Positions 13,135-24,407 of a DNA stretch of 63,208 bases are shown in pieces. The position numbers and the translations under genes are program-made. The DNA is taken from positions 124,001 through 187,208 of the forward strand of contig BAAIJX010000045.1 of NCBI GenBank assembly GCA_054600435.1, read 5' to 3'. This stretch comes from Neophaeotheca triangularis. Taxonomy: Eukaryota. Each line of letters opens with the position of its first letter. Positions within the stretch are counted from its first letter, which is position 1. The notes under the pieces are model-generated. The model did no database searches, was not told where the DNA came from, and worked only from the letters and a program-made list of their open reading frames with translations.

Positions 13135-13295
13135 ACGCGACCCGTGGACCTCACGTTCAATGACGATATCGGCAAAAGTCAAAAGCGCGACCTTTCGCGA
13201 AGCACTCTACGCGCGATCACATGGCAACAGCACTTGCCGACTCAGCCGTAGGAGGTAGGGCTTCTTCAGGATGACCATAAAATCGCGCAAAACTC
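13135..13295. promoter_or_regulatory. Cluster of CGCG-core (MCB/SCB-like) elements upstream of HRQ1
   Basis: ACGCGA, GCGCGA, TCGCGAA, ACGCGCGA and TCGCGCAAAA lie 150-310 nt upstream of a DNA-repair helicase. MBF-type regulation is inferred by analogy with yeasts. Confidence 0.35.
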
Positions 13296-13678
13296 CGAAT
13301 CGGAGCAACAAAGCATCAAATGCTGGCAGCCATCTTCATTCCTAAATCTTCAACGATCCTGTAGCCCTTGAAATTGTAAGAGAATCCAAACTTGTCATCT
13401 CAAGCCTCTCCGTCGACTCGCAAACAATCTTCAAACGCTTCTCGAAGCCTCACAACAAGCCGCAACTACTCGGCAAAGAACGTCAGGAATATATTCGACA
13501 ACTCGAACGACAGTCTAAGGATCACGGGACCGGAAAAGATTAAGAACATCATTTAAACCTGAGCCGGACAACCCTCTTAGAAAGGCCCCCTAAGTGGCGA
13601 CCTTGAAATCCGTGTTTGGCCACTGGCCCACCAAACCAACCTCCACCTTCAGCCAACCCCTTCCATCCACCCCCAAAA

Positions 13679-14236
13679 ATGAAAGACCTCACCGACCGCC
13701 AAAACTACGACCCAGGCCGCATAACAATCTTCTACGACGCGCGCACCACCAGCAGCCCAAACGACCGACTAACCTACTTCCACCACTACTGGCTAGCCAC
13801 AAAATCCTACCTGCAATGGCCCTCAATCTGGAGCGAAGACCTCGAGCCCGGCCGATTGCGGCTAGTCTGGTACACGACGGCCGGCAGCGAAGGCAAACGC
13901 GACTACCCGCTTCAATCGTGGGAATCGGTCCGTCTCGCCTTTCAGAGCCTGGAGCTCGAGGGTTTCAGGCCGATGCTGTTGGGCTGGGTGAATGAGAATC
14001 CTTTTCCCGAGTTGGGGGGCAGGGTGCCCGAGGAGACGAAGAGTGTGCTCCCCAAGGTGAGGAAGGCGAAGACGTATTCGGGGTTTATGTCTGGGCATCG
14101 CGAGGGCGAGAGTCCGCATGATAGGGTTATGGCGATTATTGAGGCTGAGGAGAAGAGGGAGGCGGAGAAGAGGGCGAAGGAGGTTGTCGGGGATGATGAG
14201 AAGAGGAAGCTTATGGGGACGGAGGCGGCTGCTTAG
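13679..14236 (+). CDS. Hypothetical protein (~185 aa)
   Basis: ORF from ATG 13679 (MKDLTDRQNYDPGRITIFYD...) with protein-like composition and the same C-rich to G-rich 3' gradient as neighbouring genes. No family recognised. Confidence 0.55.
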   Translation: MKDLTDRQNYDPGRITIFYDARTTSSPNDRLTYFHHYWLATKSYLQWPSIWSEDLEPGRLRLVWYTTAGSEGKRDYPLQSWESVRLAFQSLELEGFRPMLLGWVNENPFPELGGRVPEETKSVLPKVRKAKTYSGFMSGHREGESPHDRVMAIIEAEEKREAEKRAKEVVGDDEKRKLMGTEAAA

Positions 14237-14844
14237 TGGGGCCATGGGATGGATGAGGGGGTGGATTTGCTGGTCTGTATTATATGGCGGGAAGTGGGTG
14301 GAGGCTTTAAGGCGTCCGGAGCTGCTGCTGTCTGTTTTGGAGTACCTCTGGGGTGTAGATCATGACATTACAGGGAGCCTCTACCCCTTCACAACACTCA
14401 ACGAAAACCATTTATTTACAGACTCCATGTTCTAGGTCCAGTAGCTCAGCAAAGCATCGCACTTCAGGTCCCAGCCCCCCAATGACCTCAACCCTCGTGC
14501 AGGCGACCAAAACCACCCATCAAAAACCTTCCGCCGAACGACGGCCTCCTCCCTCTACAAGGGTATTGGGCGTAGGGTGAAGTATAGGTGATGTCGGCCA
14601 CTGTGAGATTGCTGACTACGTGGGTGTTACTTAGACAAAGAAATCACCTACCATTCACTCATTGAACGTCGAAGAGTCTGACGGGGAGTTCTTGGCAGAG
14701 CACCCTACCACGACAAAGCAACCTTTTGAGAAAGTAAGGAAGGATCTTGTGTAAATGTAGATTTGGAAAAAAGGGTATCAGTAACGACAATCTCAAAACG
14801 CGAAAAACCATCCCACCTGTCTCCCCACTACTACTACTACTACA

Positions 14845-15570
14845 CTACAAGGCCAATCCAAGCCCCAAAGCAGCCACCAAAACAGCAGTCAAACCACTAG
14901 CAGGAGTGACATGCCCAGCAGCACCATCCGTCTGCTGCTCAGGAGCGGCGGGCTCAGTCTCGGAAGTTGAAGCCACAGCAGTGGTCGAGCTCATCATAGT
15001 TGTAGCAGTACTGGCGCCATCCTCTTCAGTCTCGCCAGTACCTCCTGTAGACGAAGTGGGCGTGGCAGTAGGAAAAGTGGTCCCCACGCCAGCAAACGTC
15101 GTAGTCCCATCTACGACAGTCTGCGCAGGCCCTTGAGGAAGACCCCCCGGAACCTCGGTGATGATCGGCGGCGTCGACATTGTCCCCGAAACCGCGGGGT
15201 TGGGCGCCGTGTCATCGACTCTTCCTCTTGTCACGCACTGCATGCTTCCGATGCCCACGGTGTTGGTGCTTAGCAGGCTGGGTTCGGAGAACATGAAGGA
15301 CTCGCCCGCCATGCCTGTGCCGTTGACGTCGCGGTAGGGCGTGCAGGTTATGCTTTCGACTGGCACTCCGTCTGCGCTGGTCAGGTAAAGGGTGGAGATT
15401 TCGTCGAAGGCTGAGGCGTTGGTGTAGATGGTGTTGACTGGGACTTGGACGGTGGTGTTGCGGAGGTTTCTGCCGGCGCCGCCGTGCGAGGCTTCGATGA
15501 TGACTTGGGCTGTTTGGGCAAAAGCGCCGGCGGCCAGGAGCGAGCTGGCGAGGAGGGGTTTGGTGAACAT
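14845..15570 (-). CDS. Secreted Ser/Thr-rich, probably GPI-anchored cell-surface protein
   Basis: Signal peptide MFTKPLLASSLLAAGAFA, a small two-Cys domain, a T/S-rich stalk and a hydrophobic C-terminus (GAAGHVTPASGLTAVLVAALGLGLAL). Confidence 0.8.
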   Translation of the reverse strand: MFTKPLLASSLLAAGAFAQTAQVIIEASHGGAGRNLRNTTVQVPVNTIYTNASAFDEISTLYLTSADGVPVESITCTPYRDVNGTGMAGESFMFSEPSLLSTNTVGIGSMQCVTRGRVDDTAPNPAVSGTMSTPPIITEVPGGLPQGPAQTVVDGTTTFAGVGTTFPTATPTSSTGGTGETEEDGASTATTMMSSTTAVASTSETEPAAPEQQTDGAAGHVTPASGLTAVLVAALGLGLAL

Positions 15571-15586
15571 GTTGATGGGTTGTGTT

Positions 15587-15616
15587 TGATTGATTGATTG
15601 ATTGATTTGATTGATT
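15587..15616. repeat. (GATT)n microsatellite in the 5' UTR of the GPI-protein gene
   Basis: tgattgattgattgattgatttgattgatt seen directly. Confidence 0.8.
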
Positions 15617-16902
15617 GCTTCGTGCAGCTAGCAAGAGGATTGTCGAATGGAGAAGTGTGGCAGCTCACCCCAGGCGAAGTTGAAAGGACGGGAGGCGTGA
15701 CAAAGAAAGACGACAACAAAGGAATATCCCTTTAGACAGGTCTCTCGCTGACTGACCTTGATATCCCTTTTCTTCGGGTGATGAGTGACGTACCTATAGC
15801 GCCGTGTTCCAGAGCGCATAAACGTAAGGTAAGGTAGGTATTTAAGAATTCAAGCCGCGTGACTGGGCTCGTGTTTTGAAAGTCAAAGAGCAAATGGAAG
15901 TCTCCCGAGGTCAAAGAGGCGTTCGAGGCGTTCGGGGCGTTCGTGTGGTAGAAGCCAGAAATAGGACTGCGACCGACCAATGGCACCGCAGATCGCTGTC
16001 CTTGAACAACAAGCCTAGCCGCTGCCGCTGGGAGCTACTATGTACATAGGTAGTACCTGGTTAAACCTCACCCACTACAAGTGCCTTACCTAGGTACTCT
16101 TATTACACGATCCACCCATTACACGAGGCTACTTGAGCTCGCGCACCATCACCAAAGTCCAATAATACAGAGGTGAGAGAGGGTCTTGAGACGTCAGCTG
16201 TTCCGCGCGCTTCGATGACCGGGAGCACGCGCATTCTCTTGGCACAATGCCCAGTGCAAGCATTACCTCCCGTCCCTGGCCTTTCCTGTCCTCTCAATGG
16301 AACGGGAACCACGCAAAGTGCTCGTCCATGGCTGAGTATTTACAGTAGGTAAAGCTGCGAGCTCCATTACCGGTAGATAGTGGCTCTGAAATACCGTCCA
16401 AGTATTACCTTTCATCCCCCACCGCAATTGTCTAGTCAAATACTGAGCGACGATCAAGAAAACAGCCTCCAGCTGGGAGTTGGTCGCCTACGCTGCTGAT
16501 CCAGCCTCACCGGCGCCCCTGAATTCGAAAAGATCTAGCATGATTGTCAAAAGCTTCCTAGTCTTAGCTGCTTCAATCGAAGATCCAGCTCGAGTCCAGA
16601 AGGAACTTTGGGTGGTTGAGGGTTCGCCTGGCCGTGATTGAACGGCCGGGCTAGGTAGTGTGTGTAGGCTGGCGATGGGCCGACCAAGCGCCGGGAGTGC
16701 GATTCGAGCCGTACTCAGCGACTCCAGGTTTCGTTTGATAAGATGGGAGAGTAGATCATGAGACGTGCACGGAATACAAGCCAACGTGGAAGCGCACTTT
16801 TAATGAGTACTTACGGCCTCCAAATTCCAAGCAATGACAGTCCCCCGCCTCTCACTCCCAGCAACAAAAACTTCTCCAACGATTCGACATTCCCCCTCCT
16901 AC

Positions 16903-18084
16903 TCACGCCCGGTACCTCATCATCAGCATGAGGCAGCCCGCATGCCGGTGCGGATTGCTGTTCGACGGCGTCTTCGCCGAGGGAGAGCTCAAACCCACCA
17001 GCATAGAAGCGACGTCGAAGATGTCATTCACCCCGTTCACCCCTATCCTCCTCTGGCGTCCCACGGCCGCCACAAAGATGGCCACCTCCGAGCAGATACA
17101 GTATTTTCGTGGAATGGTGAAAAGGTTGTCGTCAATGACGACGGTTTTGGTGGGCGTGACTTGGAGTTGGATGTCGATCTTGGCGCGTGGGTTTTCGACG
17201 AAGCTGCCGTCCGGAGCGGCAATGTTGATATGGAACCTCTTGAAAGCTAGGTGGATGGTTTGAACGTGCTCGGCTCTGTTGAGCGACCACTGCGATAGGG
17301 CGGGCTGAGATGTCATGTCAGGAATGAGGCCGTTGTCGAGGGCGTACTTGGAAGGCAGACTGAAAGTGAATGAGTTCTCGCTGAAGTAGACCGACCTTGC
17401 CTCGTTTCGGAGTTGACTGTTGGCTTGAGCGATACCTGGTACGGCTGGCAGTCTCTTCTTGACGATGTGAGTGAGAGTGGTAATATTAGTAGCGACGTGA
17501 GGTTGTCTGATGTTGCGTAGTTGAGCTCGTACGGGTTGGTCTTGTTTCATCGTTACAACAGCCAGAGTGTAGATGTTGTTGCGGATCTCAGCAGGCAGGT
17601 CGAAGAAAGTTGTAAGTTTTCCTTTGACAGGAAGGGGACAGACCGTTGCGGGTTTGCACACTGCTCGAAAGTTGCGTAGCTTGCGCCTTCCTTCCAGGAT
17701 GTTCTCGACAGAGATTTGTCTGCGAGGTCCAAGTAGCTCCGTTGAGGGAACCGCTCTCGAATACTTGCCATGGTTGGAGGGATCGTTGAGGCAGACATCA
17801 CTGGAGCGAATCTCCCGGCCGTACTTGAAGGGAGAGGGCCACTTGACCATGTCTTGAGAGAGGAGGGGTTTGAAGGTCATGTGTATGTTGTTACCGAACA
17901 CGCAGCGCGGACCGCAGAGATGAAGAAGGCGGTCCTCAATGGCCAGGCAATGGAACGCGTCGGCAAGCTCCCCCTTGACATTATCGGGCGTGTTTGTTGT
18001 TGTTGTCGTCGTCGTCGTTGTTGTTGTTGTTGTTATTGAAGTCATGCCTGAGGTTTGAGGAAGGTCGGCAAGCTTCTCAGCCAT
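16903..18084 (-). CDS. Hypothetical protein with F-box-like/2EXR-like motif
   Basis: 393-aa ORF with TFFDLPAEIRNNIYTLAV and PGIAQANSQLRNEARSVYFSENSFTF, a motif pair common in expanded Dothideomycete families. N-terminal poly-Thr comes from a (GTT/GTC)n tract at about 17995-18036. Confidence 0.7.
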   Translation of the reverse strand: MAEKLADLPQTSGMTSITTTTTTTTTTTTTNTPDNVKGELADAFHCLAIEDRLLHLCGPRCVFGNNIHMTFKPLLSQDMVKWPSPFKYGREIRSSDVCLNDPSNHGKYSRAVPSTELLGPRRQISVENILEGRRKLRNFRAVCKPATVCPLPVKGKLTTFFDLPAEIRNNIYTLAVVTMKQDQPVRAQLRNIRQPHVATNITTLTHIVKKRLPAVPGIAQANSQLRNEARSVYFSENSFTFSLPSKYALDNGLIPDMTSQPALSQWSLNRAEHVQTIHLAFKRFHINIAAPDGSFVENPRAKIDIQLQVTPTKTVVIDDNLFTIPRKYCICSEVAIFVAAVGRQRRIGVNGVNDIFDVASMLVGLSSPSAKTPSNSNPHRHAGCLMLMMRYRA

Positions 18085-18527
18085 GCTCGTTGTTGAAATC
18101 TGAGCGCTGAAGCAAGCGTAAGGTAGGTAGTTATCTAGCTAACTTACCGAGCTATGTTGAAGGGGTTTTGAAGTCGAGTACGAACGTCGCTGCTGGAGGT
18201 AGCACGTGAGACTTTCGTAAAGGTCGATGAGAGAGTCCCGTCCAGTTGTTGGATGTCGGGAGGTTGCGTCCGTGCTGAGTCACTCCAGTCCGTCACTGCA
18301 GCCTCACAGTGGCTGCGACTCTCTTTTCTTCCTCAGGTACGTTACCTATACTCTCGACACAAGTCTAAGGTAATCACTATTTATCCAGCCTTTCAGGTTG
18401 ATGCTCTATAGTATTGACTGTGCTCTTTTCACCATCATGATACGTACGTATTGACGCTTTTTGTACCGTTTGACGGAAGAAGCAGGCCTGGCGCTTCCTT
18501 TGCCGACCCTTTTACCTTTTACCACCC

Positions 18528-20495
18528 ATGGACTACATTCAGGTCCCAAAGCCCAGGCTGTGGAAGAGTAAAACTGACTTTTTCCGTCCGTTTCGCTCGA
18601 GATCGACTGGCAGTGTCGGTGAGAATATTGATCCTTTGTTCGATCCGAGTGCGGTCCGACGAAATCCTGATGAACCTGACCTGCGAGACCTAAACGCGGC
18701 ACTCTCGGCCTTGATCGACGTCTTTCCGCACATCGAGCCGGAAGTCTTCAGAGAGATGCTACTCAACATGGGCGAGGAGAGCAGATTGCAAGTCGTGACC
18801 GAACACCTCCTGAAGAACAAAGCCAAATGGATCAAAGGTCGGTACAGGACGCCTTTTTTCGAAAAACTGCAGGCCAAGGCACAAACGAAAAAGGCACCCA
18901 AAGCAGCCTATTCTAATCAGCCCTGCGATGGCCCTTCCACTGAGGAACGATTCCGTAGTATGGCCTATCAAAATGCAACGAAGCAAGTATTCTACCAGGA
19001 GTTCCGCAACCTTGGCCATTCGACCATCAAAGGCGTCCTTGCCGAGCACAATTATTCTTACACTCTGTCACGACCGACACTGCAACAGCTGTCAAGTCGC
19101 TCATGGCGTTTCTCTCTTTCGGGACTTTTCTCGAAACGTGACGCTCCAGCAGGCATCGACACACATCCATACGTCGCATGGCTTCCAGACGGCGAAAACG
19201 GGGCACCTCCAAAGCCCGCCGTGCGCAATACTGGTAACGACGAGCTAAATACTGAATTGTTCAAACTCTTTGTTCGGCCTATAGTGGAGACGCGTGAGCG
19301 TGAGCAGCTCGCTGCAGATTATGCAGCAGCCACCCTCCTTAGTGAAGCCGAAGCCGAGGATGCAGAAGCACTGTTTGACTGTGAGTGCTGTTTTGGCTCA
19401 GTCATCTTCGAGCAAATTGCACCTTGCGATGGAGACGGCCATTATACATGCTTCGAGTGCCTTCGAAGAGCCACGAATGAAGCCGTCTACGGACAAGGCT
19501 GGGCACGGAGTGTCAACATGGAAAGAAGCAGTTTGAGCTGTATGTCGTCAATGGCAGAATGTCACCAATGCATACCAAGCGAGCTGGTCAGAAGGGCTTG
19601 CGAAGTCAGTAACGAGAGTCACGACGCTTGGGAAGCTTTCGAGCAGAGAGTCATGGGAGAGGCACTACTCCGCAGCGGTCTCCCTCTACAGCGATGTCCA
19701 TCTTGCAACTATGCCGAAGTCGAAGAAATCCCCGCGGCCCATTTCAAAGACGTTTCAGCCATTTACAAGCACGTAGCCGCCGGGACCCCACTCTGGGCAG
19801 CCATACTCATCCTCTCCCTCCTCCCCATTTCCTTTTCCCTTCTCATCCCAGTCTTAGCCCTCACCGCATTCGTCCTCCTCGCCCTCCGTATCCTCCCCCA
19901 AGGCACCCGCATCCTCAACGACAGCCGGACCCGTGTGCACCGCAGCCGCCGCACGCTAAAATTCACCTGTCAATCCCCAACCTGCGGCACCACAACCTGC
20001 ACCCGCTGCACGCGCCCCTGGCTCGATCCACATACATGCTTCGACTCGGAGCGCACCAGCTTACGCACCGCCATCGAGTCTTCGGCAACAGCAGCCATCA
20101 AGCGAACATGCCCGCGCTGCAATCTCAGTTTCGTCAAAGACTCTGGTTGCAATAAGCTAGTGTGCAATTGCGGCTACACCATGTGTTATGTCTGCCGCAG
20201 CCAGATTCTCGAGAAAGAAGGATATTCGCACTTCTGCCAGCATTTTCGGCCGTTGGGTGGACGGTGTACTGAGTGTGCCAAGTGCGATCTGTATGCTGAT
20301 GAGAATGAGAGTGAGGTTGTTAAGCGGGCTGCTGAGGTTGCCGAGAAGGCTTGGAGGGTGCAAAGGGGAGAGAAGACGGGTGATGATGGGCGAGATGCTA
20401 CGGATGCGATTGTGGAGGCGATTTTGGGTGGGAAGGGTGGGCTTGGGAGGTGGGAAGTCTGGCTGGACGCTGTTGTGGATGCTTTGCTCACGTAA
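18528..20495 (+). CDS. RBR (RING-IBR-RING) E3 ubiquitin ligase, RNF216/TRIAD3-like, with N-terminal CUE-like domain
   Basis: CUE-like LIDVFPHIEPEVFREML, RING1 CECCF...CDGDGHYTCFEC, IBR CPSC...CQSPTC...CTRC...HTC and RING2 CPRCNLSFVKDSGCNKLVCNCGYTMCYVCR. Confidence 0.88.
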   Translation: MDYIQVPKPRLWKSKTDFFRPFRSRSTGSVGENIDPLFDPSAVRRNPDEPDLRDLNAALSALIDVFPHIEPEVFREMLLNMGEESRLQVVTEHLLKNKAKWIKGRYRTPFFEKLQAKAQTKKAPKAAYSNQPCDGPSTEERFRSMAYQNATKQVFYQEFRNLGHSTIKGVLAEHNYSYTLSRPTLQQLSSRSWRFSLSGLFSKRDAPAGIDTHPYVAWLPDGENGAPPKPAVRNTGNDELNTELFKLFVRPIVETREREQLAADYAAATLLSEAEAEDAEALFDCECCFGSVIFEQIAPCDGDGHYTCFECLRRATNEAVYGQGWARSVNMERSSLSCMSSMAECHQCIPSELVRRACEVSNESHDAWEAFEQRVMGEALLRSGLPLQRCPSCNYAEVEEIPAAHFKDVSAIYKHVAAGTPLWAAILILSLLPISFSLLIPVLALTAFVLLALRILPQGTRILNDSRTRVHRSRRTLKFTCQSPTCGTTTCTRCTRPWLDPHTCFDSERTSLRTAIESSATAAIKRTCPRCNLSFVKDSGCNKLVCNCGYTMCYVCRSQILEKEGYSHFCQHFRPLGGRCTECAKCDLYADENESEVVKRAAEVAEKAWRVQRGEKTGDDGRDATDAIVEAILGGKGGLGRWEVWLDAVVDALLT

Positions 20496-20621
20496 GATAC
20501 CCTTGCTACCATCATACCAGTTGCGCTCAGTCTGTTTCTATATCTTCCTCCCCACGCAGTCTTGGAAGACCACCTACAAAGACCACTACCAAACATTTCG
20601 CCTAAAAAAACACAAAAAACA

Positions 20622-21044
20622 CTACTTCCCCTCCCCATCTCCATCCCCCTCCTCCCCCTCCTCCCCAGCAACAACCACCTTCCCCTCCCCCTCCCATCCC
20701 CAGCCCACAAACCCCACCGCCAACCCCAGCCCAACAGCCACAGCACCAACGAGCACCCCAACCCGCGCCCGCGCCTCACACTCCGGCATAACCCAACAAA
20801 CCCCCCACTTCACCACCGGACTAACAAGCACCCTCCTCTCCTCTTCCAACTCGGGCGACAGCGAAATCAGTATCATCAAGAGCAGCAAAGCTATCAGGCT
20901 CAGCAGCAAGGCCGTGAGAATTTGCAGCGCGAGGAGCAGGATGCTGATATTTTTTGTTGTCTCGAGAGTTTTGAAACCGGTAGCCACCAGGGGTGTTACT
21001 TGGGTGAAGGCTGTGTTTATTTGGCGCGAGTAGGGGATGCCCAT
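20622..21044 (-). CDS. Small conserved fungal membrane protein of unknown function
   Basis: From ATG 21044: MGIPYSRQINTAFTQVTPLVATGFKTLETTKNISILL...SPELEEERRVLVSPVVKW, with two hydrophobic segments. It resembles a recurrent Pezizomycotina hypothetical family. Confidence 0.7.
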   Translation of the reverse strand: MGIPYSRQINTAFTQVTPLVATGFKTLETTKNISILLLALQILTALLLSLIALLLLMILISLSPELEEERRVLVSPVVKWGVCWVMPECEARARVGVLVGAVAVGLGLAVGFVGWGWEGEGKVVVAGEEGEEGDGDGEGK

Positions 21045-21776
21045 TGTGTGTTGTGGGTTTGGAGGGGGGAGGGGGTGTTGTTGATGGGCGTTGAGTGGAT
21101 CGGACGTCCGCGCTGGTTCTTTTTGATGAATAGAACGCGTCAAGCTGTCTCTGTGTCAATGGCACGGCACGGTGGGTACTGGAGTGTTGGGATGATTGTT
21201 GCGGCTGATGGTTGATGGTCTTAGATCGTGGGCTGCAAGAAACATGTTCGCCACCTGCTGCCTCTTGCGTTCTTACAATGTTTGAGATGGACAGTACAAT
21301 GTCAGCAGGACATGGCTGATTGGTGGCCTAGCGAGGTACATGTGTAGATTGGGTATGTATATGTTTTGTTCCGTGTAGCTTGACGCCAGTGACGAGTTCG
21401 CGATGCTGGAGAGAGAGGGTCATGGTGAGTGTCCGAGTTGTAAGGCGAGGATATCTTGCATGGCTCAAGTAATCATACACAGTCCACTTGATAAGGTATA
21501 TAATACTATAGAGGGTACGGTAGTAGGGAGAAGTGATGTCTGAAGACAGCCCAGCCAGCCCAAGTCGGCTTGCTGCTGCCGATGCATGACTGACTACTGA
21601 CGAACGCACATGCAGGCGCAGCTTGAAGTCGGTCGATGCACACAGCCTTGCGCCAATCTATACGAGCACTAGTCGAGTAGAATAGACAGGAATTACTACC
21701 TTCTCTTCTTCCTCTTCACGAGAACACAATCATGTCGAATGCGCGCTGACAGACGGCAACATCATCCCCTCATACC

Positions 21777-24214
21777 ATGCCGTCCCGAGACGCTTCAGCA
21801 TCACCGGAAGATGCCCGTCCGGCTTCCAGCAGCGCCAGCAGTAAAGGGGGAAAAGATGGACCTGCCCACGTCGAACTCGGCGATATGGACTCGAGTCCGC
21901 CGAGGCAAGAGCTACCGATTGAGAATGACTTGATGCAACTGGCCAGGTTGGGCGAGCTCCGATCGGTGCAGAAGCTGTTCGACAGTGGAAAATACACGGC
22001 AAAGTCTACAGACGACCAGGGCATTACACCCCTACACGTATGGCCCGGCCCAGTCTACATCGGAACAGCCGCATTCGCTAGAGGAGACTGACAGCTATCC
22101 AGTGGGCCGCTATCAACGGCCACCTCGCCCTCTGCCATTTCCTCCTGCAATCCGGCGCAGACGTCAATGCTCGCGGCGGTGAAGCTCAAGCAACTCCCGT
22201 CCTCTGGGCCAGTAAACGATGCCACCTCTCTGTAGTCTCACTACTACTCCAACACGGCGCCGACCCTCTGCTCCGCGATGATCAAGGCTACAATCTTCTC
22301 CATTCCGCCACGCTCGACGGCAACGTCTTCCAGCTGATCCTACTGCTACACCAACCCGATTTGCCTGTCGATGTTCCCGATACACAAGGTCATACCAGTC
22401 TGATGTGGGCGGCTTACAAAGGTTTCGGAGCATGTGTGGAGATACTGCTGCGTTGGGGTGCGGATGTGCACGCTACGGATGATATGGGCTTCACTGCGCT
22501 GCATTGGGCGCTGGTAAAGGGCAATTACATGTGCATCCAGAAGCTCGTCGAGTTTGGAAGTGACCGCTACGCTCGGTCGAAACCACAGCCCGGACCAGAC
22601 GGGACACTGGACCCGAATGCCGAAGGCGATACTCCTTCCATGACCGCCCAAAAGATGAAGAGTGACCGGCAGTACAAGAGAGCGTTGCTTGAGTCCGGCT
22701 TCGACAAGCACGGCCAATCCATGCATCATCCAGTGCCTTTTGTCGAGGACCGCAGAAAGTTCACAAGGCGTTTCTTCTTCCTCTGGCCCTTTTTCTTGGG
22801 AGGTCTGCAGCTGCACATGCTCGCCTATCTTCCAGTCTGGGTTTCTGTGCCGGGAGTGTTGATAGTTGGTTACGCCCTGCAATTTGCCGCCCAGCAGTTG
22901 TTGAGATATGCGCCGACTGGCATGAAACACATGCATTACACGCCTTTCCTCGCTGGCATTTTTGCGGCCACGCTATTCTGGACAGGCGTCCAATACGCAT
23001 TAAATATTCTGCCCACGACAGGGAGTACCAATATTGGATGGAACCTGCTATTCGTTGTTGCTTACCTAGCCACCGCCTACTTTTACACAGTCACGATGAC
23101 GGCCGACCCTGGATACGTGCCTAAAAGTTCTAGCAGAGCAAAGACGAAAAAGACCATTGACGAGCTCGTGGAGACCGCCATGTTCGACGAAAGACATTTC
23201 TGCTCGGCTTGCATGATCCGCAAGCCATTGAGGAGCAAGCACTGCAAGCGATGCCTTAGATGTGTAGCAAAAGAGGACCAGTAAGTCTTGAATACCCTCA
23301 CATGTCCGTCTTCAAGCTGACTCAATTTCCCCCCCAGCCACTGCCCCTGGGTCGACAACTGCGTCGCCGTCAACAACCACAAACACTTCGTCCTATATAT
23401 GATAACTCTCTGCACCGGCATCGCCACCATAATCCGACTAACCTTCATCTGTATGTCCGCATCCCGTCCCAAAACTCCCCCCCTCACCAATCCGACTAAC
23501 CCCAAAATCCCCACAGACGTTGCCCTCCTCCCCACCCCGCCCGCCGCTTCCGAGTGCGCCCTCCTCTCCCCCCCTTATTGCACAACCCTGCAAAAAGACC
23601 CCCTAACCCTCATAACCGTCGCCTGGGCCTCGCTCCAACTAATCTGGGTAACGATGCTCATCGCGGTCCAACTCCTCCAAATCGCCCGCGCAATGACAAC
23701 CTACGAATCGATGCGGGGAATCGACACGCCGCCGTCAGCTCTCGCCAACGCTCTGATGACCGGCGGCACAACCACCGACGCCACAACAGGCGGAGGCCCG
23801 GATCCCGCCGCCGTCCCCTCGCCTCACGGCCACAACCATACCCCCGGCGGCAGCGGCAGAGGCAAGCCCAAAACCGGCTTCTGCTCTCAATGGGTCAAAT
23901 TGCTAGGTCTGGACACTTTCTTCGCCATCGCTTTCCGTGGTTCCAAAGCCGGACAAGGACAAGCTCAAAGCTGTGAGCGCAGACGCCGTCGCAACGGTCC
24001 TAATCCTTTTTCAAAGGGGGTGTTGAGCAATTGTCGGGATTTTTGGGGGGATGGGCCGGTTTTGAGAGCTAAGGGGGGAGGAGGAGGGGCTGGAGGGGAT
24101 AGCGGGACGGGTAGGTTGGGGGGCGAGAGGGTGGATTGGAGGTTTGTTTATGAGGTGCCTGCTGGGGTTGGGAGGGGGAGTGGGTACCGGGCTGTTCCTG
24201 GGGGGGAGGTGTAG
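21777..24214 (+). CDS. AKR1: Palmitoyltransferase Akr1 (ankyrin repeats + DHHC domain)
   Basis: Ankyrin repeats (ITPLH|WAAING, GHTSLMWAA, GFTALHWAL), TM segments and [32 protein letters not shown]. Introns at 22038-22102, 23281-23337 (splits DHHC) and 23451-23516. Confidence 0.93.
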
Positions 24215-24407
24215 TAGGATGGCTATGTTCCTTTGAAGTGAGGATGTCGGTGGGGTTGGAGGGGAGGGGTGGGTTGTGTATGGGTAGATGGGCTGTTTAG
24301 TGTAGCATAATGGTATGAGAGGATGGAAAGACCATGGCTTTTTGGTTGTTTCATTCTTGCTCCTTTGCTTGCTTTAACGGTGTTGACTTGATTGTATTAT
24401 CAAGTCC

